This document shows, piece by piece, positions 1-11,030 of a DNA stretch of 40,199 bases (the stretch's first letter is position 1; each line of letters begins with the position of its first letter). The stretch lies in contig NC_068983.1 of the NCBI RefSeq assembly GCF_001194135.2, positions 143,342,538 through 143,382,736 of the forward strand, read 5' to 3'. The notes beneath the pieces are model-generated. The model made no database searches and was not told the origin of the DNA. It was given only the letters and a program-made list of their open reading frames with translations. Origin of the DNA: Octopus bimaculoides (Eukaryota). A program made the position numbers and the translations under genes.

Positions 1-1074
1 CTTGTATAATGTGAAGGTCTTTAAAGCTACTACTATAATCAATGAGTCACGAGATTCACAGAAGGAATGAGAAATATTTGATATCCTGGAACATTGATTT
101 TGAGGAGGCTGATCAAGTGAAATAATGAAATATCCAACTAAGCAGAACTTGTAAAGAGGAATGTGTGTGAGGTAAATGAAGAAATAGGTATAAAATGAAA
201 ATGTGAGGTAGGGGGAGAAGAGACGGCAGAAACCAAATGAATGGTGGAAGACAGGAAGTGGCTGAAAAGGAGTAAGGGAAAAGAAGGTTGAAAAGAAAAA
301 AAGAGAAAAGCAAAACTAAAACATTTTGTGAAATGATACAGGCACTAATTTCTATGATATACTCCCTGAACCCACCTGAATGACTATTGAAACTCTATGT
401 ATACATTTTTAATTCAGTAGAATTTGTGTTGAGGGCGAAGATGAAAAATATAACTCAATATAAATTCTTTAAAAAGTGACCAATAAAAACTTCAATAGTT
501 GTTATATATTCTCACTGACTCTTTTATATGTTCCACACTATATTTTTAAGTTGGGAGAGTGTGATTTGAGGGAAATTTGGCTGCTATGGATTGAATAATT
601 GTGTAAATGCTTTTTTGATTACCAGAATGATATTGAACTATTAAAGGTGTTCTGTTCAATATGTTATGTATGGCTACTAACTGGTTTCAAAATATCTTGG
701 TTATTTAAAGAAATACAGTTGGTTTAGGTCACTAGGAATTAGATAATCAACTTAATAAGCCAGTACCTTTTTTCTTTTATAATTTAGTCAGAAGAATTGA
801 GGAAGTGCCCCCTAAACTTTACAGTTCCATTCTCAAACATGTAAAATTGATGAAGCTGAAGTCCAATCTAAACGTCAGTCAATGTCTTCAGGAAAAAAGA
901 AAAAAAATGTACAGAAGCAACTGGTTGCAAATGTACAGAAGCAACATTGCAACAGAGTGAAATCAGATGAAGATATCTAAAGAGGAGCTGGTGCTATTAG
1001 ATTAGGTACCTTGTTCTGTGATGTGTCACCAGCAAAGAAGGAACAGAACACCTGTCTGTAAAGTACATTTTGGT

Positions 1075-1300
1075 TAGGTGGTGAGCTTGCAGAAATGCTA
1101 GCTAACATGTTGGACAAAATGCTAAGCAGCATTTCTCCCATCTTTATGCTCTAAGCTCAAATTTCTATGAAGTCAACTATGCCTTTCATGCTTTCAGGGG
1201 GTTAATGAAATAAGTACCAGTTGAGCACTGGGATCGATGAAATCAACAAGCCCCTCCCAAGAGATTTCAGGCCTTGCACCTCATTTAGAAAGGGCTGTTA
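1075..1300 (+). mobile_element. tRNA-derived SINE, family A (Meta-domain-like core)
   Basis: Head GGTGGTGAGCTTGCAGAAATG, core GTCAACTATGCCTTTCATGCTTTCAGGGGGTTAATGAAATAAGTACCAGTTGAGCACTGG, and (TTA)n tail; homologous to many other copies in the window. Confidence 0.8.
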
Positions 1301-2146
1301 TTATTATTATTAATAATAATTGCCAGTGCTTGATTAGCCATTAATGAAAGTAAGTACATGCTTAGGGCATCAAAAGAAGTGGAGGGGACACCACCACAGA
1401 AATATAAATTGTTTACAGCACAAAAAAAATCACTTCAAACTTGCTAAAATAATATTCGAGGAAGTGTATATGATCAGAAATATAATTTCAAAGTGTTCAT
1501 GGTGTCATAGTGAGGATTTGATCAAAGACTTTACAATTAGAAAAAAAGTAAGAGAAAACTTTTGAAATATAAAGTGGAAGCATAAAAAGATAAAATGAAT
1601 ATTTTCTCCCATCTTGCTCTTCATTTTGTTCCATTTTGAAAAACAAAAAAAAATCATTTTATGGTTTATTATTGTTTAAATTTTGAATCACATATATATA
1701 GTGGCACCAAAATCTTTTAAGTGCTTAAGGCCTCAATGGGTCTTAATCCGGTCCTGTTAATCACTGAGGAGGAAGAGCAGCAGTAGCCTTGACCTTTGCC
1801 TGCCCTCCTAGACCAGTGTAACTGAAGGAAATGATGTTCACTTTAAACACCTGTAAATAGTTGTCTGCTTGGAAGATGTAAATTAGGAGGGGATTTCAGA
1901 AGGAAAGGACTCAGTAAAATGGAATCTGAGAGATGACTTATGGTAGGATTGATGGAGATATAGAAATAGATGCATCATGTGGGCCTAATTGGAGAGTCTA
2001 TTTCAAAAGAAATATCGTAATAGCAACAGAAGAAGCAAGAAGTAATGTCTGTGAGCAAGTGGTTCAAGAGTATGTGTTTGTGTGAGCACGTGGACACACA
2101 GGTGTATGTATATACGTTTATGTATCAGTGTGGGGGGGTGTATGCA

Positions 2147-2149
<3 letters not shown>

Positions 2150-2195
<46 letters not shown>
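2150..2195. repeat. (GT)n microsatellite
   Basis: Seen directly. Confidence 1.
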
Positions 2196-2197
<2 letters not shown>

Positions 2198-2746
2198 CAC
2201 TACCACTGTCTCAAGAGCACACAAGAATGCAATGTAGGTTTCACTTGAGCTTGTCTACTTATTTAACCAAGTTATACTAATGATATTACAAGAAAAAAAA
2301 AAGCCCACAGTCTTTTAAGAAATACAGCTGACTTTCATCCATCTTGTTTTATCCAATTAAAAAGTATTCAGATAGTGAACACAGCTTAACTTTTCCCAAT
2401 AAAATAAGATTAGTGAAACTTCATTTAAAAACAAAAATTAATAATATCAAAACATAAATATTGATTAAGATGACAAAAAATGGTATTAAATATTAATTTG
2501 ACTCAAGCTTGTTATAGTGTTGAATATTTCTGAGACACTTTCAATTTATTTACATAATTTTTTTTTAAAAAGAAATTTTAAAATTATTTTGAAAAATCCC
2601 TGAAATTAAAATAAACTGCTTAAAATATTCAAGTCAGCAGAGAAGCCTCTAATGTGATGATTCAACCTGCTAGAAACAGCAGCTAAATTTCCCTCAAGTC
2701 ATACCATCATCACAAAAGGAAAAATACATTGAATAATAATGTTTAA

Positions 2747-3714
2747 CCTTTTCGTTACTATATTTCTGGCCAAAATACACCCCTCATGAGTTTCAATTAA
2801 ATTCTAAAATAATCATGAATTTAGACTAGTCTCATTAAACACCGGTAACTTTTTTATTTATCAACATATTAATATGATATTTGGAACATAATTAAAGAAA
2901 GGGTTCTTAATCAATTCTATTGCATAATTTTTGTCTCAAAGTTCTCCACGTNNNNNNNNNNNNNNNNNNNNNNNNNNNNNNNNNNNNNNNNNNNNNNNNN
3001 NNNNNNNNNNNNNNNNNNNNNNNNNNNNNNNNNNNNNNNNNNNNNNNNNNNNNNNNNNNNNNNNNNNNNNNNNNNNNNNNNNNNNNNNNNNNNNNNNNNN
3101 NNNNNNNNNNNNNNNNNNNNNNNNNNNNNNNNNNNNNNNNNNNNNNNNNNNNNNNNNNNNNNNNNNNNNNNNNNNNNNNNNNNNNNNNNNNNNNNNNNNN
3201 NNNNNNNNNNNNNNNNNNNNNNNNNNNNNNNNNNNNNNNNNNNNNNNNNNNNNNNNNNNNNNNNNNNNNNNNNNNNNNNNNNNNNNNNNNNNNNNNNNNN
3301 NNNNNNNNNNNNNNNNNNNNNNNNNNNNNNNNNNNNNNNNNNNNNNNNNNNNNNNNNNNNNNNNNNNNNNNNNNNNNNNNNNNNNNNNNNNNNNNNNNNN
3401 NNNNNNNNNNNNNNNNNNNNNNNNNNNNNNNAACTCCTCTCCATCTTCAAAGTTGAAAAAAATCAACGCCGCAAAAAATGTGGAAAAAAATCTTCCAAAA
3501 TTCACTGAGTTCAAATATCAGGCCAAACAATGTGGGAGACAATAACTCAACTGTTTGCAAAGTGAAATCAGGTGTTTTAACGACTGTATTAACGAGATTT
3601 GGGTTCAAATATACATTTAAATAACAATGGGTATGCTCGGTCGGCTACGGCCGGGTTAGTCTTATGAACCAAAAATTTTTTCGGCCGGCTACGGCCGGGT
3701 TAGTAACGAAAGGG
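2747..3714. mobile_element. piggyBac-superfamily non-autonomous element (MITE-like), interior hidden by an assembly gap
   Basis: TTAA at 2743-2746 and 3715-3718 flanks 12-bp TIRs: CCTTTTCGTTAC (2747-2758) and GTAACGAAAGGG (3703-3714, revcomp CCCTTTCGTTAC), 1 mismatch. A TTAA TSD with 5'-CCY TIR ends is the piggyBac signature. A subterminal 19-bp direct repeat CGGCTACGGCCGGGTTAGT lies at 3642-3660 and 3686-3704. Confidence 0.85.
2952..3431. other. assembly gap (480 N)
   Basis: Run of N seen directly. Confidence 1.
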
Positions 3715-4799
3715 TTAAGGTATGCTTAATGAAACAGGATTATCTTTGTTGGAATGTCTTTGATCATAAAGATCTGTTAATTCAAGGCTAACTTGGGACT
3801 AACCAATAACTAAACATACTGCAAGGAATTCAAAGGATGCTACAACCATAATTTGTTTCTCATATTTTATCTTTTTTCTTTTTTATGAAGACTCAAGTTT
3901 AGTCTTTCATGAATTTCTAGAATAAGAGAAATAAAGAGAGAGCATGTGAAAATGAAGTTGGGAAAACTGGAGTTTATTATAGAAACAGAGAGAGAGGGAG
4001 AGAGACTGTTGCACAGAACAGCAACTTGCAGAATGAAGTACTGTAAGTTGTGCTATTTAGCCCCAAGTCAGCCCCGCTTAAGAAGGCCTATGATTAAATC
4101 ATTCAATCCACAGATATTTGGTTGGGGTGGGGTCAGGAATAGAGTGCTATGGACTACATTATCCAGTGTATCTTATTTTAAGATGATAGATACAATTTGA
4201 GATTCAGCCACATAGAGGATCCTCCAGTTTTGTTCATAGGCACAACAGAGAATATGTGACAAGATATAATCAACCAATCTTTTGGGAAGTAAGTTAATCC
4301 CTTATCAAATTGCTCAGTTGAAATAACATTAGTTACGGCAAAAAAATTCAATTTAAAACTGAAATCAGAAAGTCAGAATAAAGATTTTGTTTTTTCAATG
4401 AGTTTGAACAATATAATTTCTAACTTTGGTAAAAATCATGTATTGTGGACAAAAAAAGGCATTTAAATTAATCAATTTCAGTACTTTTAATGGTACTTTT
4501 ATTTAATTGGTCTTAATAGGAGCCTCTGTAAAGTCAACATCAGCAAGAGAGAACTTAAAGAAACAATGACACCATCAATAATGGTTCCTCATATTAGGAC
4601 TAAGCCATAAATTTGTATTTGAGGGACTCTAATTGGTAGAACCAATACCAGATTACTTATTTAATCAGCCAAGGAGGGATGAAAGTTAAAGTTGATGTCA
4701 GCAGGATTTGAATGCAGGAAGCGTCAACAAAACTCTAATGCCTTATTGATAACAACCATTATAATAAAAATAACACACCATCATTTGATGTTCACTTTC

Positions 4800-5105
4800 T
4801 CATGCTTGCAGGGTCAGACAGAATTTGTCAAGGCAGATTTTCTATGACCAGAAACTCATCCTGCCACCAACCTGCACCTTTCCAATGTAAAATAGCAAAC
4901 AACTTCACTTGCATGAGTCCTTTACAGCAATCATATGTTAAGACACGGGTATACACAAACACACACATATCATCACCACAAGGATTTGGTTGGCTTGGAG
5001 CAACTGTAGAAGACACTTGCCCAAGGTACTGCACAGAGGGACTGAACCAAAGAACACATGGTTGGGAAGCAAACCTCTTAACGACACATTCATGCCTGCA
5101 CCTGA
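4800..5105 (-). mobile_element. tRNA-derived SINE, family B (CORE-like, GAT tail), degenerate
   Basis: The reverse strand reads TGTGTCGTTAAGAGGTTTGCTTCCCAACCATGTG..GGTTCAGTCCC..CCTTGGGCAAGTGTCTTCTAC, giving A/B-box remnants plus a CORE-like TTGGGCAAGT; the body is shared with 16060-16540. Confidence 0.75.
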
Positions 5106-5759
5106 CATGTTTTATATAATACTTCTGATGGGAGATAGGCTGTTGCTGGTATTGCCACCCATTTCAAATTGGTTTTTTTAATCTATAAGATAATCCTGTA
5201 AGACATATCCCATTCTTTTAACCATACAAACTCTCTTGGCTATACATATAAGACACACAGATACAATCAGAATAAAGTGAATGTTTACTTACCCTGCTTA
5301 ATATACCAATTTCTAAGTAGAGACAAATGACAAAAATATTCCAACCTATCCATAGCAAACTCCATATTGAATACTGAAAAAAATTAAAAATAACAATATT
5401 AATAATAGATACTGGCTCTGATAGTCTGACACACACACATGGACATCCACTCTGCTGAAACTAAACAGTTGATTTCATTGATCTCTGTTACAACATGCTA
5501 TTTCTCATTCTTTGTATGTGTGCATGCATGCATGTTTTTATATATATATATGAATTGGAGGTGCACCTGCCACTTGCACTCCGAGTTCAAATCTCACCAA
5601 CTATGCTATTCATCTCTTCAGAAATGATGAAGTACCAGTTGATACTGCCCTCCCTCTCTCTCTCTCTCTCTCTCTGGAACAAATCTGATCTGGAGAGAAT
5701 GGGTTCCACCAGATTTAGATGTGCACTGGGACCCAAGAGTTCCACCCATTGATGTAATC

Positions 5760-6000
5760 AAATATCAATGAGTTGTCAGTCCAATTTTTCAAAACAGCAT
5801 CTGGGCTCTTAGTGTTGTATTCTTGAGCAAGATTATTTGACACTGCTCCAGTTCACTTAGCTGTAGAAATGAGTTACAAGATCACTGGTGCCAAACTGTA
5901 TTGGCTTTTGCCTTTCCCATGGACAACATTGGAGGTATGGAGAGGGGAGACTGGTATGCATGGGCAACTGCTGGTTCTCCACAAAACAACCTTGCCCTAC
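5760..6000 (+). mobile_element. CORE-like SINE fragment (family C)
   Basis: GTGTTGTATTCTTGAGCAAGATT..TGCTCCAGTTCACTTAGCTGTAGAAATGAG resembles the CORE-SINE central domain; it abuts an RTE fragment. Confidence 0.65.
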
Positions 6001-6246
6001 AAACAGAAAAGGATTGAAGAAGCACCAAGAAAACATAAGCTGTGCAAGTTCAGAGCCAACTCCTTGCCTTTATTCCCAGCAGACCATCAGTGCTCAACCT
6101 GCAGTGGAACCTTCTGAGTATGCATCGGCCTGATTGGCCAAAGCCATATGCACCATGACCCATCTTCTTCCATGTGATGAACTGGTCATTGCTGACAATG
6201 ATGGACAAAAGTATATACATACATACATATATACATACATACATAC
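6001..6246 (+). mobile_element. RTE-clade LINE 3' end (5'-truncated, decayed)
   Basis: Translates KQKRIEEAPRKHKLCKFRANSLPLFPADHQCSTCSGTF*VCIGLIGQSHMH, matching the RTE/BovB-type ORF2 C-terminal motif CxxCxxxFRARIGLxSHxxxH. It is followed by an RTE-like 3' end (GGTCATTGCTGACAATGATGGACAAAA) and a (TACA)n tail at 6214-6246. Confidence 0.85.
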
Positions 6247-6419
6247 TCAAAGGTAGAAAGTAAAAGGTATTTTATTTTCAGTTTGTATAACTTGTTTCTT
6301 TTTGTATACCTACATTTTGGTTTTGAAATATTTTGTATGTAAAACAATGGGCCATATGTAATGACCATCACTCAGAATCAAGACTTGGCTCTATGTCATA
6401 TGCTTTTGCTGTTTTGGGA

Positions 6420-6860
6420 GCCCCTTTAGTTGTGAGTAGACACAAACACCCTTGACCCAGCAGAGCTTTCACCTACATTTCAAGTCACCTTCCTCTCCCT
6501 CTTCAGCCTTTTTGGTCATATGCACCATACAAGCTCTTTCGCCATAACAACTAGACAAAGAAAACAATTCCTGCATTTCCAAATCATATGAGGGCAAAAG
6601 GCCAAACAATCTTGTTTATTGGCCAAATCCACCATGAAAATGTCTTATATCTAATACAGTTGTGTAACATAACTCCATAAGTCAGCAATGTTTGAACACT
6701 GAGTAAATGTAGAACAGTTTCAGTGCTTTTCATGCATCTCAAACTGACCTGGACAACAGTTCTTTGCTTGTTGAGCTTATTTCAAACCAGTAATCTACCC
6801 CAAACCTTCATACTGCCAGGATAGGGATTTTTGGAAGCTATCCATAGTCCCCAGACAAAG
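6420..6860 (-). mobile_element. L1/Tx1-clade LINE ORF2 3' remnant (zf-RVT region), frameshifted
   Basis: Minus-strand pieces in order: MDSFQKSLSWQ, LLV*NKLNK, LRCMKSTETVLHLL, QCSNIADLWSYVTQL, LCLVVMAKELVW. These fit the L1/Tx1 C-terminal zinc knuckle CxxC..ET..H..xC..xW and the downstream AK..W motif. Confidence 0.75.
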
Positions 6861-7520
6861 TTCTGTACTTATTTTATTGATCTGTACTTATTGTATTGGT
6901 TGATAAAGTACCAGTTCTTGATTGGTACTTTATTGGCTCCCAAAAGGATAAAAGGCAAAGTTTATCTTGGTGGGATCTGAACTTAGAATATAAAAAGCCT
7001 GAGCAAATATTGCAGGGCATTTTTTCTGATGCTCTAACAATTCTGCAGCTTTACACTCTTATAATTCTTTGTAATTTTGGCAAAAGAGCAGCTATTTTGA
7101 GGGGAAGGGGAAGTAGACTAAATTAACTCCAATACTTGATCAGTACTATATTTTCTCAACCCCAAAAGGATGAAAGATAAATCTGATCTTAGCAGAATTT
7201 GAACTCAGAATCTAATGAATAAAAAGAAATACTATAAAACATTTTACCAACTAACTATTCTATCAGCTTGTCACCTTAATAACAACAATTGCACCTGATT
7301 TAGATACAAAGCCAGCAATTTTGAAGAGAGAGGTTTAATCGATCCCCTCAATCCCAGTTCCTGACTAGGGTTGATGGAATACTCAACTCCCAAAATGAGA
7401 TGGAAGGCAGTTGACTTTGGCAAGATTTGAACTCAGAATGTAAAGAGCCAAAATATTTTAAAAAGCAACTGAATGGAATTTTGACTGATGTTCTAAGCAT
7501 TCTGCCAACTTACTGTCTGA
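6860..7520 (-). mobile_element. cluster of about three family A SINE copies
   Basis: Repeated TGGTACT..TTATT..CCCCAAAAGGATGAAAG..AAA..TGA..CAGAATTTGAACTCAGAAT blocks near 6925-7000, 7090-7260 and 7300-7510. Confidence 0.75.
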
Positions 7521-8149
7521 AAAGAGTCAGAAGAAATAACACTGATGACGACGACGATGACAATAATTGGTGATAGAGCTGCAGAAATAGTTAAGTGCCA
7601 GATAAAATGCTCTGCAGTATTTAGTGTAATCACTAAGTTCAAAGCTTACCAGAGCTAACATTACCTTTTATATCTCTGGGTTAATAAACTAATTTGTAGT
7701 TATTGATCTGACTCAAATCAATTGTACACCCCCTACAACAATTTGTATTGAAGAAAAAAAACAATCAATGATAAGAGCACTTGAAAATGTCAATGTTTAA
7801 CTTAAGGTAGCTTCAAACTAAAATGGACACAAATTGATGGAGAAGATGATAGCAATGGTGGCGATGATGCTGGTGGTGGTGGTGATAACTAATTAATTAC
7901 AAACCTCAAACGAGGCAACTGTCACCATAACTACTACAACAATGTTGCTAGGCTGTCATTGAAAATCATGGTGAAAAGCAATTTGCAGGCCTTAATTGGA
8001 TCTTTAACCATAACACTGGTATATTTTCACCAAGATACTTGTATTTTGTTGCAGTTTTTTGTAAAATTATTTTTTGATTACATTAACAAAAATATGAATG
8101 ACTAATTTTAGCAGTTTAACAGAAAATAATAAATTAAGTTATAATATTG

Positions 8150-8345
8150 GCTTCAGATTTTAGCACAAGGCTAGCAACTTTGGGGAGAGGGAAGTCGATT
8201 ACATCAAATCCAGTGTTTGACTGGTAATTATTTTATCAACCCTGAAAGGATAAGGCAAAGTTGACCTTGGCAGAATTTGAATTCAGAATGTAAAGACGAA
8301 TGAAATGCTACTAATCAGTTTGTATGGCAAAATAACAATTCTAGT
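8150..8345 (-). mobile_element. family A SINE
   Basis: CTGGTAATTATTTTATCAACCCTGAAAGGATAAGGCAAAGTTGACCTTGGCAGAATTTGAATTCAGAATG is the reverse of the core. Confidence 0.85.
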
Positions 8346-8949
8346 AAAATTATACACATAGGTAAATAATTTTAATGAGAAGAATCAACATTCAAATTTA
8401 CAAATATGTACTGGGATATCAGTAAATATATGGAAATGCAAGATAACATTTGGAAGTACACATCATAAACTTCACTAAGGTCATACATTTTGGGGAGGAG
8501 TATAGTCACTACTTGTCTACAAAATAATTTATCAACTATCTTATCAAACTCATACATGCAACATTCCACACACAGAAGCATCTAAAAGCAGTGTAGTAAA
8601 AACACACATACATTCTTACATGTACATATATATTCATAAATATCTGTGTGAAAGCTCTAAGTGAGGAAAAAAAAAATTTTTAGAAAATTCAGTCTGAATC
8701 TCAGATGGTAAAACTACTTGAAATTTAAAGTTTGGAATTTAATTCAACACAGCTGTTGCCTAAATTTTGATACTGAGCTTTGTTTCTGTAGATTATCATT
8801 TTAACATCAGATCAGTAGACCTGGTACAGAGTATCATTGCTTATCACAGCTCATTTTGTGAGGCATAGCATCTCGAGATCTCATCTCAATACTTCTTATG
8901 TCCTTTTACAAAGTTAGAATGATGATGTTAGGAAGCATACTGGGCTCAC

Positions 8950-9300
8950 CATTATCATTTAATGTATTTTTTTCCATGCTAGCATGGGTTGGATAGTTTG
9001 ACCAAATCTAGTAAGCCACAGAGATGCATTATACTGCATTTCAGCTTTGGCATGATCTCTATGGCTGAATGCCCTTCCTAACACCAATCACTTCACATTA
9101 TGTACTGTGTGCTTTTTCCATGTAAATGGCACTAGTGGGTTAGCCAAGTAACTTGCAAGGCAAGAAAGAACAAGGAAAAAGTCCTGATGCTTAAGTGAGG
9201 CAAGTGTTAGAGAGAGTAGGGAGGTGAGTTTATGTCAGAGACAATAGAGGTGTCTTGCTATAGATACTTTGCATTTACATGAGGGTAAGTGGGAGTACTT
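8950..9300 (-). mobile_element. SINE with CCATGCTAGCATGG/GAT tail (family B-related), old copy
   Basis: TTTCCATGCTAGCATGGGTTGGAT..GCTGAATGCCCTTCCTAACACCAATCAC matches the young copy at 24719. Confidence 0.75.
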
Positions 9301-9444
9301 GAGAAAAAGGTTAAATGGTACCTTTCTGTTTTTTATCATGCACATCATAGCTTTTTTATCATACATATAAAACTTTAAGTCATACATCATTAGCAAAAAA
9401 CACCTTAATAGATTTTATTTGAAAAACTGTGAGACAACTAATGA

Positions 9445-9625
9445 TTCAGGTATAGATTTGACTGTGGTTAAGAAGTATGCTTTACAGTTACACAGTTCCA
9501 GGTTTGATTCTATGTAGTACTTTACACAAGTGTCTTCTACATTAGTCTCAGGTTGACTAATATCTTGGTGAATAAAATTTGGTGGGCAGAAACTATTAAG
9601 AAAATCCATTGTATGTGTGTGCTTA
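9445..9625 (+). mobile_element. family B SINE 5' half (tRNA-like head plus CORE-like part)
   Basis: GACTGTGGTTAAGAAGTATGC..CCAGGTTTGATTC..CAAGTGTCTTCTAC, followed by TG repeats. Confidence 0.7.
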
Positions 9626-9951
9626 AGTTGTGGTCTAAAGACAAAAAAAATGTTCACTAGGATATTTTTTTAATGCTGGAAGTATGTACAGACAGATGTT
9701 AGATTATATGAAATAAGCGGGGATTAATCACATATAGTGTAAACAGAATGGTTAGATACTGTTATTTTTCTGTATTAAATACTTAATTGCTTAATATGCA
9801 TTTATAGAACATGGCATATATGACATCGTTCTTCAACTGCTACAAAGGTGCAATGAAGATTACTGTGTCCAAATTCTTAAATATTTAATGTGAAACCATG
9901 GTACAGAAGGAACTATAAACAGTAGACATATACAAACACACATACATACAT

Positions 9952-9977
9952 CTGAGAGAGAGAGAGAGAGAGAGAGG
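9952..9977. repeat. (GA)n microsatellite
   Basis: Seen directly. Confidence 0.95.
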
Positions 9978-10893
9978 GCGGGAAGTAAACTTGGATATGT
10001 AGGCTTATAGCAGATACTCATTTTTAGCCTTACCATGAAAAGTAAATATACTGGTCACCTTACATGCTTCTCTCTCTATGGTCAGAAAAGAAACTCTTAA
10101 CTAGTCTCAGCAATTCTTGTAGCTTCAGAGACCATTTAACCATTAGCCAAACCACAGAGTGAATAGGAGCTTACATCTATTTATAGCACACATGAACTCA
10201 GAACTGAATAAGTCTGCCCTTATCCTCTTCAACAGTAATGCTGGCACTGACAGCATTATTGTTAATAAAAGTATTGCATGACATTTTGGCCAAATTAATA
10301 AAAATACCTTGTAATTTTTATTCTACCTGAACAGCATAGACTCCCTTGCCAAAGTAAATGTAATGAACCAGTGAAACACATGTTAGAAACCTATATCCAA
10401 CAAAACAATTGTTCACAAAATGCAGGGAAAACTTTGGAGATGGAAGTCTGGTTCAAATGCTCACAACAGAGGTACAGAAAAAAATACCAATCTAATGCAT
10501 GTATATCTGCATCAAAATGTACACAAAAGGAAATAGTTGTTTGGGTTAATTTTTTTTAGACTAAATGTAATATTTATAAGTATTAGAACAAGTTTTCATG
10601 TATAATTCAAATGGAATTGAAATGAGGTGACTTGCAGTTTGAATGTTTTTCATTCTATTTCAGCAAAAATTAAAATTCCATAATAAATAAGATAGCTCAA
10701 TATGTCAGACAGATGACATTTTTTTGATACATCACAAAACCCATTAAGTATATTCTATTCCAAAATTTGATTTAAAGCCAGTTATTTTATCCTTTAATTT
10801 CAGTTGTGTTATACATACTCCCAAAGATATGTATGTTACAAACACACAAAGACATACACTTTTGGGTTTGTGAGTGTGTGCATAACTATGCTA

Positions 10894-10894
<1 letters not shown>

Positions 10895-10925
<31 letters not shown>

Positions 10926-10941
10926 CGCACACGCATATGCG
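10895..10941. repeat. (GT)n(GC)6(AC)n alternating purine-pyrimidine tract
   Basis: Unbroken R/Y alternation over 47 bp. Confidence 0.95.
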
Positions 10942-11020
10942 AACATATGTTTTTTCTTCTAACCTGATCACCTGCTCACTGGCAATGTTATAAAAAAAAA
11001 AGGGAAGACTAATAGAAATG

Positions 11021-11030
11021 NNNNNNNNNN
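11021..11030. other. 10-N assembly gap with ~30 bp duplicated on both sides
   Basis: TAAAAAAAAA(A)GGGAAGACTAATAGAAATG occurs immediately before (10991-11020) and after (from 11031) the gap, typical of an unmerged contig overlap. Confidence 0.9.

Noticed and set aside
113-313. 66-aa hydrophobic minus-strand ORF
   Set aside because: It is a translation of a GA-rich low-complexity tract.
826-980. Protein-like frame ..KIDEAEVQSKRQSMSSGKKKKNVQKQ..*
   Set aside because: No start or partner exon was found; it is A-rich and contains a tandem duplication, so it is compatible with chance.
2917-3545. Four long ORFs in the track
   Set aside because: They are artefacts of translating through 480 N.
6903-6933. 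11-bp perfect hairpin ATAAAGTACCA / TGGTACTTTAT
   Set aside because: It is explained by juxtaposed opposite-orientation fragments of the family A SINE core.
8372-8581. Minus-strand 69-aa ORF beginning at an AG acceptor
   Set aside because: No recognisable motif, and it lies downstream of the better-supported terminal exon.
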